This document shows, piece by piece, positions 36,475 to 45,523 of a stretch of DNA of 51,027 bases. The translations under genes and the position numbers were made by a program. The notes below the pieces were generated by a model. It searched no databases, had not been told where the DNA came from, and saw only the letters and a program-made list of their open reading frames with translations. The first letter of the stretch is position 1. The number at the start of each line of letters is the position of its first letter. The DNA comes from Candidatus Aenigmatarchaeota archaeon. Its GTDB lineage: Archaea; Aenigmatarchaeota; Aenigmatarchaeia; CG10238-14. The DNA lies in contig JAWBZR010000004.1 in the NCBI GenBank assembly GCA_044343545.1, positions 1 to 51,027 of the forward strand, written 5' to 3'.

Positions 36475-37731
36475 ATGAAACGCATCATGATAATAGCTAT
36501 GGTTTTGCTCTTAATCCCTGTGGTAATAGCAATACAATGCTTTTTAAGGACAAATAGCTGTGAAAGCGGAGAGATTTGCTTATTTTCTAGGTATCAACAA
36601 GATAATAGCCATGTCGGCAATTGCTCCGCATATAGCTTGCTAACGTGTTGCTCAGACCCATTTTTAAGGAAGGCTGAAGTCAAAACATCTTGCGGCTTGG
36701 GCGAAAATGGTACCATAGCAATGTTTAACTACACTAATGCACATGCAGAAATTTTCGAGGCAAACAATTATCCCTACAAAGTTTGCGTGAGTTGTCCTTG
36801 GACGTGCACTTTAAGGACGAATTGTCTATCAGATGAATATAACTTGGCTTCGTTAAATGCAAGTACAAACTCTCATATAGCAACGCCAAACTATTACGCG
36901 AATCAAGTTTGTTGCAAAAGAGAATCCACACCACCCAATTATTCCAACTTGGGTCAAAACTCAACTGTTGTAGCTTTCGGAGGTTCGGTGAAAATTTACG
37001 CATATTGGCAAGATGAAGCTAATTTGTCTTACGTGATTTTGTCTACAAACGAAACAGGCACGTGGGAAAATAAAACAGCTTATAATTCACCTTTGAAAGT
37101 GGATGCGAATAATGGTTGGAGTAACTTCACTTGGCAGAACACTTCGGTTTACGGTGGAACTACTGTGGCATGGAAATTGTACGCCAATGATACGTGTGGC
37201 AATTGGAGAGAAACTGGAATAAATTTTTTTACCATCGAGCAAATACTTTCATTTCAAATTTCCCCAAAATTAATGGAGGGCATATTTTTTACAAATTTGA
37301 ATGGTTCGAAATACAACAAGCAAGAAAATATTGACATAGGTATATGGAACAATGCCACGTGGAATTACAACAACACGCCTCAACCTGGAGATAAAAAGAC
37401 ACTTTATTGGATTTATAATTCTGGTAACACCCTTCAAGATTTTTGTTTGAAAGCGAACACAAACCTCTTATGCAGTATAGGAGATTGCACTGGAAATTAC
37501 ATATCTGCAAACAATATTGCTTGGCAAAACTCGACAATAAATAGTGAGACATATCCAAATTTCGATACTTCGAAAAGGCTTGATACGTCTTACGTCAAGA
37601 TTGCAACAAACGTTCAACCTCAACAATACGTGTACTTTAGATTTTGGCTTTTTGGCGAGCCCTACAAGCCATCAGGCATTTACAATACTACCTTTTCCGT
37701 CAAAAACGTTTTGGCCGGACAAAGCTGCTAA
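36475..37731 (+). CDS. Secreted protein: three Cys-rich N(S/A)H repeats, an Ig-like domain and a C-terminal pilin-like domain (putative tip adhesin)
   Basis: Signal peptide; C-terminal ~165 aa aligns by eye with 47534-48154 and 49334-49975. Confidence 0.7.
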   Translation: MKRIMIIAMVLLLIPVVIAIQCFLRTNSCESGEICLFSRYQQDNSHVGNCSAYSLLTCCSDPFLRKAEVKTSCGLGENGTIAMFNYTNAHAEIFEANNYPYKVCVSCPWTCTLRTNCLSDEYNLASLNASTNSHIATPNYYANQVCCKRESTPPNYSNLGQNSTVVAFGGSVKIYAYWQDEANLSYVILSTNETGTWENKTAYNSPLKVDANNGWSNFTWQNTSVYGGTTVAWKLYANDTCGNWRETGINFFTIEQILSFQISPKLMEGIFFTNLNGSKYNKQENIDIGIWNNATWNYNNTPQPGDKKTLYWIYNSGNTLQDFCLKANTNLLCSIGDCTGNYISANNIAWQNSTINSETYPNFDTSKRLDTSYVKIATNVQPQQYVYFRFWLFGEPYKPSGIYNTTFSVKNVLAGQSC

Positions 37732-38889
37732 TTTTTTTTCAAATATTTGCTTTATTTCCTCATTTTGATAATAATCCCAAACGTTGGTGAGCCATTCAAA
37801 TGTCTTTTTAAGTAACGATTCCATTTCTCCATCCCACGCATTTTTTTGAATCATCTTGCTCCTAAGCAAATCTATTTGATTAATTGTTTGCAGTATCTCT
37901 TCTCTATCGAAACTCAAGTTTAGCATGTTAATTAACCGGAGAAACTTTATTTGATAGTTATAGCTTTCCAATCCCGAAGGTATACTTGCTTTTAAAGAAT
38001 TTGTTAAAGAGGCGACTTCGCTTATTACATTCATCAATTTTTGTTTTTCACTTTCCACATCCTTTTTTGCTTCTAATTTTGTCTGCTCTATGAAGGTTTT
38101 TAATTCATTCAAATAGTTTTTGTTCAATTCTTGAACATTCTTTTTGACCATTTCTTCTAAAAGTTTCTGTGCCGCGTCTTTTTCTATCATCTTTGTAACT
38201 TTGATGCTTATACCGTCTAGCATTTTGACTATGTCTATAGTCATGTCATCAAGCTTTTGTATTTTCGATTTAACATTTTCGACATCTTTCATCTTGCTTT
38301 CTAGCTCAGCAAATATGGTTTCTACTTTTCCCGCCAATCTATCTACGTAAAGCTTTGTATCATCTATCATTTGTATTTTTTCATGAAGCTTGTTATACAT
38401 GGAAATCAAATTATCCAAGCTTTTTATTTTTTCAAGAACTATCCTCAAAGATTGATTGTCTCTTTTCAAAACGGCAACCAAACTTTTCAATGCTTCCAAG
38501 TCAGCTTGAAGCCTTGTAATTTCGGCCTCTTTTTTTTGTAATTCCTTTGAAAATTTTTCTGGTTGTATTTGCTCAACTGCATCAATAGTTTTTTCTATCT
38601 TCGCCTCTAACGAGCTGAATCTTTTATCTAATTCCAAAAAAGATGATCTCAACTCTCCTATTTCTTCGGAAATTCTCGAAATTCTTTCGTTAATGTCATC
38701 TTTTATATCTTCAAAAGCAGAAAACTTTCCTTCCAACTTTTCAACTCTCAATAGCAAATCTATGTTATTTATTTCTGTTTGCTTTTTTTCCTGCAAAACC
38801 TTTTTTTCCTCTTCAACCTTTTGGACAGGAATTTCTTTTATCACGCCATACCTTTCTTTTAATTCTTCCTTTTTTTTGGGTACAATCAT
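37672..38889 (-). CDS. Cytoplasmic long coiled-coil protein
   Basis: Heptad-rich Glu/Lys/Leu sequence; no signal peptide or TM helix; ATGA overlap with the giant ATPase gene. Confidence 0.75.
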   Translation of the reverse strand: MIVPKKKEELKERYGVIKEIPVQKVEEEKKVLQEKKQTEINNIDLLLRVEKLEGKFSAFEDIKDDINERISRISEEIGELRSSFLELDKRFSSLEAKIEKTIDAVEQIQPEKFSKELQKKEAEITRLQADLEALKSLVAVLKRDNQSLRIVLEKIKSLDNLISMYNKLHEKIQMIDDTKLYVDRLAGKVETIFAELESKMKDVENVKSKIQKLDDMTIDIVKMLDGISIKVTKMIEKDAAQKLLEEMVKKNVQELNKNYLNELKTFIEQTKLEAKKDVESEKQKLMNVISEVASLTNSLKASIPSGLESYNYQIKFLRLINMLNLSFDREEILQTINQIDLLRSKMIQKNAWDGEMESLLKKTFEWLTNVWDYYQNEEIKQIFEKKLAALSGQNVFDGKGSIVNA

Positions 38890-41800
38890 TTACTCAACCC
38901 CAACTTTTTTTCTAAAGATTCTATGTATATTTCCGCAACTCTAAACATACCTTTCTTCAGCTTCTCTTTGGCTAATTTCAATTCTATCTTTAAATCAAAC
39001 ACATCCTTTCCTTCTCTTTCCAATCTCTCTATTTCCTGTTCTATTTTTTCGATTCTGGAATTATATTCTTTATACATTTGCATTTCCTGTTCGCTTATTT
39101 TATGAGGCATGTGCTTTGGTGGCTTGAAAGCGACGAACCAAGGCAAGCCTTTATTGTATTTTGGATTCTGAATCATACCTATACCTACTTCTTCTTTCGC
39201 AACTCTTCTTGCATACTCTAACCCATACTTCTTTTCGATTCTTTGAAGATCGCCTAAACTTTTTGTGTGCATTTGTATTTCTGTGAGCACGTTACCTTTT
39301 ATGGCTTCCTTAAAGTCTGACAAAACTTGAGAAACCATTATCAAGCCGATGCCCCACTTTCTAAATTCCCTGCATGCCCTTTCCAAAGCAATGTAGCCAC
39401 CTTTACCTCCATATTTTTCTAACAATCTATGAACCTCATCAAAAACTATTATGAGTCTTGGTTTCGTCGTTTCTTCCCAACTTTCACTGAATATAGAATT
39501 TATGATATTCGTTACAGCCTCATCATACTCGCCAGGCTTTAATTTGTTTAAAACAAACACGGTAATTTCTCCAGGATTCATGTATTTCTTTAAATCTATC
39601 TTTGCTTTGGGGTTCGTCATCTCATAAATATTACCTGGATATGATTTTGTATCATCTAAACTCATTCCGTGTTTCTTGTAATACTTTAACACATTTTCAT
39701 CTTTGCATGGTTTTACAAATCCTGTCCATTGAGCTGTTGGGTCGAAAACGACAACAGGTAGTTTTTTATCGAGAAGTTCCTCAGCAAAAACACTTGCAGT
39801 CACAGACTTTCCTGCTCCTGTCGAGCCAGCAATTATTACGTGTGTCATTAAATCTACAGAATCAAAAGTAGCTTTAACATCAGTTTCAGCTATCTTTCCA
39901 ATAGTTAAATCGCCTTTCGGCAACAAATTGAAATCTACTGGAAAGATGTATTTGAATTTCGATTTCTTCCACTTTTGATATCTTCTCACAGTCAAAACTA
40001 GTGCAACTATGCCTAATAATGAAGCGAAGACAATAAGAGCGTATCTTATAGTTTTTGCATTAATTATACTCAAAGCCACTTCAAAACTATCTATGGATGA
40101 GAGAATTTCATCATCATAACTTGCATTAACCATAACATAATACTTGCCACTTGATATGTTTGCAGGTAAACGTACATACTTTATAGCTTGATAAGGCGTC
40201 TTTACATAATTTATTTCATAAGCTTCATAAATCACATCTCCTCCCTTTATGGGTTTTATTGTGTAATTCATTTGCGAAAGAAATTCTTTTTTTTGGCCTA
40301 AACTAAATATGCTTACTTCGAAAGCTAAAGTTTCGTTCGGTTTCAAATTCTTTGTTATCACTTTAACTGTCAATTGAACTTCTTGTATATCTTTGCTCAC
40401 AAAAACAGTGACAGGCAATCTCTCCTTTCTTCCCGATGCAGAAACAACTATTTCGCCTGTATAAGTTCCACTTTCCATGTTTTCCGGAACTATCAACTCT
40501 ATGCTTATTTCTTTTTCTTTGTTAGAAGAAACTAACACGTTTCTTTCTTTCACCGTTAATATCTTTGAAACAATTCCATTTATCGAAATCTCTGCTTGCA
40601 ATGGTTGAGATGCGAGATTTGAAAGCCACAAAACATATCCTCTTTTCGTTCCAGGGCGCACATAATCTGTTGTAAGGTTCGTTTTCACGCTAAAACCTAA
40701 CATGCAATCTTGAGGACAGGAAAATGGATTTTCATCAGCATCGCAAACACCATTTCCGCATTTGCTTGTGTAAGATCCGCCTATACCACCACCTCCGCTT
40801 CCACTCGTTTGAGGACCAGCCAAACCACTTCCACATTCTCCGCAATCTTGAACGCAATTGACACAAGATTCGCCCATTCCGCAAATGCTGTTACCGCAGA
40901 TCTCTGCCTCGAATGCATAATATGCGGAAGCATTGTCTTGAATGGTGAAAATTTTGTGTTTTTCCGCATCCAAACTCGAGTTTACCTGAATCCATCCAGA
41001 TTTGCAAGTGCCGTTCCAATCACTGCACTTGTAAATCACCAAGGCCGGAGCATAATCTATTTCCATCAATTTTTTGGAGTAATCAAAGTAAATTGTGATG
41101 TTGGAATACGCAAAGTTCGTTGATATATACAATCCACCTACTTCATGCCTCCACGGGACAGGAGGATTGAGCAAAGAAAGCGGAATGGCCGAAATGTTTA
41201 ACGGGTTTGTTATGTTATCAGCAAGTTGTCTTTCTGCGGTTAGAGTGGCATTCAAGTTATTGAATATCAAGAAATGCCTTTGACCGATATCATCATCTAT
41301 TTCTGCTTTCAAATCATAGTTTCTTTTGTGTAACGTCATATTATGAAAGCCTGAAGGGTACGTGAAATTGTGTACCACTATTTGTGTGCCAGGCCTATAA
41401 AAAGTGAATCTTTTGGGATAGTTTGTTTCAGCGTAAAGTTGTATAGGCAAGTAAACTTCAAACCACGCTGTAACATTTGTTGTGAAGTTAGACGTATCAT
41501 TAGCAAACAAAAACACATCATAATCGCCAACTTCATTTAAATTTGTAAAGTTTATTTCCCATATAGTTTGTCTTTTATCAGGTGTTTTATTGCTTAAAAC
41601 GATTTCTTGCTCACTCCCATCAGGATATTTAACTAAACCCCAAACAGCATCTACACCATACCAATCGCTTACATCTACATTCAGCTTGACATCACCACCT
41701 TTTAACGTTGAATTTATGGTAATGTTGTTTATTTTTGGCGGCATAGTATCTACTTCTATTATCAAGATATCTGCAAAGTCTTGAGCAACAGAAACGTTGA

Positions 41801-44800
41801 ATTTTCTATACTCATCCAATTCTTGATCGCTTATATTACACAATATTTTATACCAACCCTCAGGGACTTCTTCGGGAGATGAAATATTCCACGTATAATT
41901 CACTCTTCCTGTGGGATAGATCGTGTTCAGCTCAGCCAATATGCTCTGATTGCCTTCATAAACCTTTACTATACTTACCTTATAACCATCCAGCTTGATA
42001 TTCGTGGTGTTAGCATCGCTAACTTCACAAACTATATCTATTTTCCTCAAGGTTTCTGTTCTATTGTAAGTTCCGTTTATCGGATGTATCATCTTGACGC
42101 TCGACCATCCGTATATGTCGATGCTTCTGTTACTCGAGCCAAATTCATAAACATTCCCGTAAGCCTTCAATGATAGTAACAACTTTCCTGGATTGCATTC
42201 CACCCGCCAACTTGTATTACCTTCATTTAATGTTGTTTGGTATGGCAAATAACCATTAGTGGTGCAATTTAATATCCAAATTGTGTCGTAATTTTCTGTT
42301 GGAGCGCCGCAAGAATCTGATATTGAAAAGGACAAGTTCATTTCGTTGCCCTTGTGATATATTTCGTTAGGTTGAGGAGATAAAATGTTTGCGTTTAACC
42401 TATCCTTTAAATAGATTTGATTTTGATCCGAACTTTTATTATACAAATAATAATCATTTGCATTTCCACTCAAGCTCACATTTAAATTGTAAGCACCCAA
42501 TTCATACGAGCAATCTGGTATGAATCTCACAAGGCAAATTCCGTTAGATTGCGTTTGATTCGCGCCTATAACGGTTTGATTCAAGTAAAAGGAGCAAACA
42601 TAGCCAGATTGATTTATTGTTTTGCCAAATTCATCATATATTTTTGCTTCTAAAATCTTTTGTTGATTTCTTGTGATATTGCTTTTCATACTTTCGGTTA
42701 AGTTTACGTTTATTTTCCCGTAAATCCCAATTGTGAAATTTTCGCTGATACTATCATTGTAATAACTATCATTGTAAACTCCCACTTTCCACCATCTTAA
42801 CCCAGGTATGTAAGATGAGTTTGGAATAAGCTCGTATTTGCAATGACCTGAAGAATTGCTCACAGCATCATAGTGCATCCAATGAGTATCGTTAAAACTA
42901 ACAAAGAATCTACATTTAACGTTACCTATACTTTCATTAATCACAGTATCGTTTATTAATGCGACCAGCCGCACGCTTTCAGTTCTGTTAACCGATGCAC
43001 CCATCCCTTCTATCGCTATTGCTTGCGTAGTGTGCTTACTCACATTAGGAGCATAATAAATCGAGTGAACAAACCAATCGTGATATTCTACGTTTTCGTC
43101 AAAATCCTTGAGTTGAATGGACAGCAAATTAAAACCAGTCCAAGAAATGTTACTTTCAAGCACGAAACTTACTTCCTCTCCAATATTGGTGTTTCCTGTA
43201 GAGTTTGTCTCATTTATGCAGTACCATTCAGCAGATGAAACATTAACCTTGTTTAAGTCAAAAGTATGTGTAAGATTTAAGCAAATTCTCACGCTAACAT
43301 TGTTTCCTTCAGCATCGCTTATATTGAATTTAACGGTAAAATTTTTTCCCCAAAAATCTTCTGCTGGAGTTATTGAAAAATTAAATGCAACGGGAGGATT
43401 ATTGGCAGAGCCTGATAATTCGTAAAGCACGAAGCTTCTGTTAGTATGTGGTTGCTTCCAAGAAAAGAAATCTATCTTACCATCACCATTTGTGTCTTGT
43501 TTACAAACGTAAAACTCATCATCACCTATCATTATTTTTGTGTATGTTGGATTTGACGTGTTGCAATTCGTCTGGCTGTTTGGAGGAGTGATATCATAAA
43601 ATACATTGTTGCCAAACCAGTCAACTTCAAGTTTAGAGTTGCCCGTAATATAGTTATCATCCAAGCTAGCATTCAAACTCACATTAAAGAATATTTGCGT
43701 CGTGACATTCCATACAGTCACATTCCTTTTCCAAAAACCATACTCTGAAACACCATCGCTTTCATTGTAAAAAATTGGTATAGATTTGCTCATAGTATCG
43801 TCCCACAGATAATCAAAAGTGGCGTTTGCCGAAATTTGCCTGAAGCTAATGTTACAAACTTTCCTTCCATCTATGATAACAACTTGGTATCTTTTTCCAT
43901 TGAAATCACAAACGAAAGCATCTTGATCTATTGTGATGTAATTGAAAGCCACTTCGTGAGCGGGAGGCTTCAAGTAACTTATGTTTTTTATTTGGTTACC
44001 AACACTTTCATTTCCTCTTATTTCAGCAATTCTTGACCAATATGGCGAGATGGTTACAGTAAAAATATCTGAAATGTTGTAGGAGTAAGTGATGTTTAAA
44101 GACGAAACTTTTAAAATACCTGCATAGTCAGAATGAAAAACTATAGGCACTGAGCAAAGACCATTTTCATCCCCTTCGCACGTGTTCAAATAAATTTGGA
44201 AAGCAGTATTATTTGTTACTATATCTTGCGTTCTGAATTTTCCTGGATAGAACCATTCTCTCACCCCATCATTGCCTATATCTACGTAAAGATTTGTGGG
44301 AAAATATTCAAAATTTAATATATAAAGCGTGTTCGTCGCAGGTATTATCGTGCCAGCAACTACTTCATTACCTATATCGTTAGTTAAATTGCCTATACCT
44401 ATCCCTTTGACATCATTTTCAGTCTTGTATTTCCAAACAAGAGAACCCGTTGCGTTTACTACATAAACATTATCATCATCACTTCCGAAAACTATTTCCC
44501 TCCCCTCATATTCACTCGTCACTTCACTTATTTTTATTTTATTTATCGCATAAGTGCTGAAAGAAGTGGAAAACAATATGTTGAGATTGTTATCCAGCAA
44601 GTATATTGTTCCGTTTGTCAATGCCACGGCAATTTCATCATAGCCATAACCATCTATATTACTTACATGTACATCCTTCAAGTTTCCTATGCTTCTCGAT
44701 GACTTTAAATCGCCAGTAGAATTTATGATGTAAATGTTAGAGCTTGTAACCGCAACTATTTCTTTTCCTTGATCATCACCTAAATCTCCAGCACTAACAC

Positions 44801-45482
44801 CTTCAAATGGCAAAGAAGTGGAAAACGACCAAATTTCGTTTAGATTGTTATCAAGCAAGTAAAGTTTATCTGACGCAACAATTATTTCATCAAAAGGATT
44901 ACTCGTGTTAATATCACTTATTTCTATTTCCTTTATATCATAGTTCATATTTTTGGTGCTCAACAAATTTCCGGTAGAATTTAAAACATATATTATTCTT
45001 GTACTTGCTGCAGCAACTATTTCCATCCCCCTATCGCTACTTAGATTGCCTGCCGAAACTGCAGGAACAGAGGCAGCTATGCTGTAATTCCAAATTTGAA
45101 AGCCACTTGAATTTAATAATTTCAAGTTTTGCTCAGAACCCGTGACACCAACCAAGATTTCATCCCATTCGTTATCTTCAATTATATTGCCTACAAAAAG
45201 ATCAAGAACTTGTTGTTGCGTTGATGTAATTATAGGTTTGGATATTCCTTCTATTTTTATCAAACTATCCAAAATAGTGGAGTTTTTTGGTATGTTTATC
45301 CAAACTGTTTTTTCTTCGTTGGAATTGAACACAATTTCTTTGCTTGTCGAAGAATCATTAAGTTGGTAATTGGAAAAGTTGAACGTAGGATTATTCAAGT
45401 CAAAAATAAATGTGTGCTGTTGCACGGCAAGAACGATATCGAAGCAAGAAAAGACGGCTAGGAAAAAAATCAATCTTTTCAT
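38886..45482 (-). CDS. Giant single-pass protein: extracellular FG-GAP-like beta-propeller, Ig-like and Cys-rich repeats fused to a cytoplasmic HerA/FtsK-type (DUF87-like) ATPase
   Basis: Signal MKRLIFF...; (D/E)G-x-x-EI(V/I)(V/A) propeller repeats; CGNxxC...CxxDC twice; TM at about 40045-39990; THVIIAGSTGAGKS, VVVFDPTAQW, IIVFDEVH and REFRKWGIGLIMVSQ. Confidence 0.88.
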   Translation of the reverse strand: MKRLIFFLAVFSCFDIVLAVQQHTFIFDLNNPTFNFSNYQLNDSSTSKEIVFNSNEEKTVWINIPKNSTILDSLIKIEGISKPIITSTQQQVLDLFVGNIIEDNEWDEILVGVTGSEQNLKLLNSSGFQIWNYSIAASVPAVSAGNLSSDRGMEIVAAASTRIIYVLNSTGNLLSTKNMNYDIKEIEISDINTSNPFDEIIVASDKLYLLDNNLNEIWSFSTSLPFEGVSAGDLGDDQGKEIVAVTSSNIYIINSTGDLKSSRSIGNLKDVHVSNIDGYGYDEIAVALTNGTIYLLDNNLNILFSTSFSTYAINKIKISEVTSEYEGREIVFGSDDDNVYVVNATGSLVWKYKTENDVKGIGIGNLTNDIGNEVVAGTIIPATNTLYILNFEYFPTNLYVDIGNDGVREWFYPGKFRTQDIVTNNTAFQIYLNTCEGDENGLCSVPIVFHSDYAGILKVSSLNITYSYNISDIFTVTISPYWSRIAEIRGNESVGNQIKNISYLKPPAHEVAFNYITIDQDAFVCDFNGKRYQVVIIDGRKVCNISFRQISANATFDYLWDDTMSKSIPIFYNESDGVSEYGFWKRNVTVWNVTTQIFFNVSLNASLDDNYITGNSKLEVDWFGNNVFYDITPPNSQTNCNTSNPTYTKIMIGDDEFYVCKQDTNGDGKIDFFSWKQPHTNRSFVLYELSGSANNPPVAFNFSITPAEDFWGKNFTVKFNISDAEGNNVSVRICLNLTHTFDLNKVNVSSAEWYCINETNSTGNTNIGEEVSFVLESNISWTGFNLLSIQLKDFDENVEYHDWFVHSIYYAPNVSKHTTQAIAIEGMGASVNRTESVRLVALINDTVINESIGNVKCRFFVSFNDTHWMHYDAVSNSSGHCKYELIPNSSYIPGLRWWKVGVYNDSYYNDSISENFTIGIYGKINVNLTESMKSNITRNQQKILEAKIYDEFGKTINQSGYVCSFYLNQTVIGANQTQSNGICLVRFIPDCSYELGAYNLNVSLSGNANDYYLYNKSSDQNQIYLKDRLNANILSPQPNEIYHKGNEMNLSFSISDSCGAPTENYDTIWILNCTTNGYLPYQTTLNEGNTSWRVECNPGKLLLSLKAYGNVYEFGSSNRSIDIYGWSSVKMIHPINGTYNRTETLRKIDIVCEVSDANTTNIKLDGYKVSIVKVYEGNQSILAELNTIYPTGRVNYTWNISSPEEVPEGWYKILCNISDQELDEYRKFNVSVAQDFADILIIEVDTMPPKINNITINSTLKGGDVKLNVDVSDWYGVDAVWGLVKYPDGSEQEIVLSNKTPDKRQTIWEINFTNLNEVGDYDVFLFANDTSNFTTNVTAWFEVYLPIQLYAETNYPKRFTFYRPGTQIVVHNFTYPSGFHNMTLHKRNYDLKAEIDDDIGQRHFLIFNNLNATLTAERQLADNITNPLNISAIPLSLLNPPVPWRHEVGGLYISTNFAYSNITIYFDYSKKLMEIDYAPALVIYKCSDWNGTCKSGWIQVNSSLDAEKHKIFTIQDNASAYYAFEAEICGNSICGMGESCVNCVQDCGECGSGLAGPQTSGSGGGGIGGSYTSKCGNGVCDADENPFSCPQDCMLGFSVKTNLTTDYVRPGTKRGYVLWLSNLASQPLQAEISINGIVSKILTVKERNVLVSSNKEKEISIELIVPENMESGTYTGEIVVSASGRKERLPVTVFVSKDIQEVQLTVKVITKNLKPNETLAFEVSIFSLGQKKEFLSQMNYTIKPIKGGDVIYEAYEINYVKTPYQAIKYVRLPANISSGKYYVMVNASYDDEILSSIDSFEVALSIINAKTIRYALIVFASLLGIVALVLTVRRYQKWKKSKFKYIFPVDFNLLPKGDLTIGKIAETDVKATFDSVDLMTHVIIAGSTGAGKSVTASVFAEELLDKKLPVVVFDPTAQWTGFVKPCKDENVLKYYKKHGMSLDDTKSYPGNIYEMTNPKAKIDLKKYMNPGEITVFVLNKLKPGEYDEAVTNIINSIFSESWEETTKPRLIIVFDEVHRLLEKYGGKGGYIALERACREFRKWGIGLIMVSQVLSDFKEAIKGNVLTEIQMHTKSLGDLQRIEKKYGLEYARRVAKEEVGIGMIQNPKYNKGLPWFVAFKPPKHMPHKISEQEMQMYKEYNSRIEKIEQEIERLEREGKDVFDLKIELKLAKEKLKKGMFRVAEIYIESLEKKLGLSK

Positions 45483-45523
45483 TTCAATGCTCATAAAATC
45501 TATTATTGATTTTATAATTAAAT

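Noticed and set aside
37672-37731. 60-nt 3' overlap between the adhesin and coiled-coil genes as antisense regulation
   Set aside because: Convergent tail overlaps recur in this compact genome (e.g. 10419-10430, 29157-29164, 48615-48650), so this one is not special.
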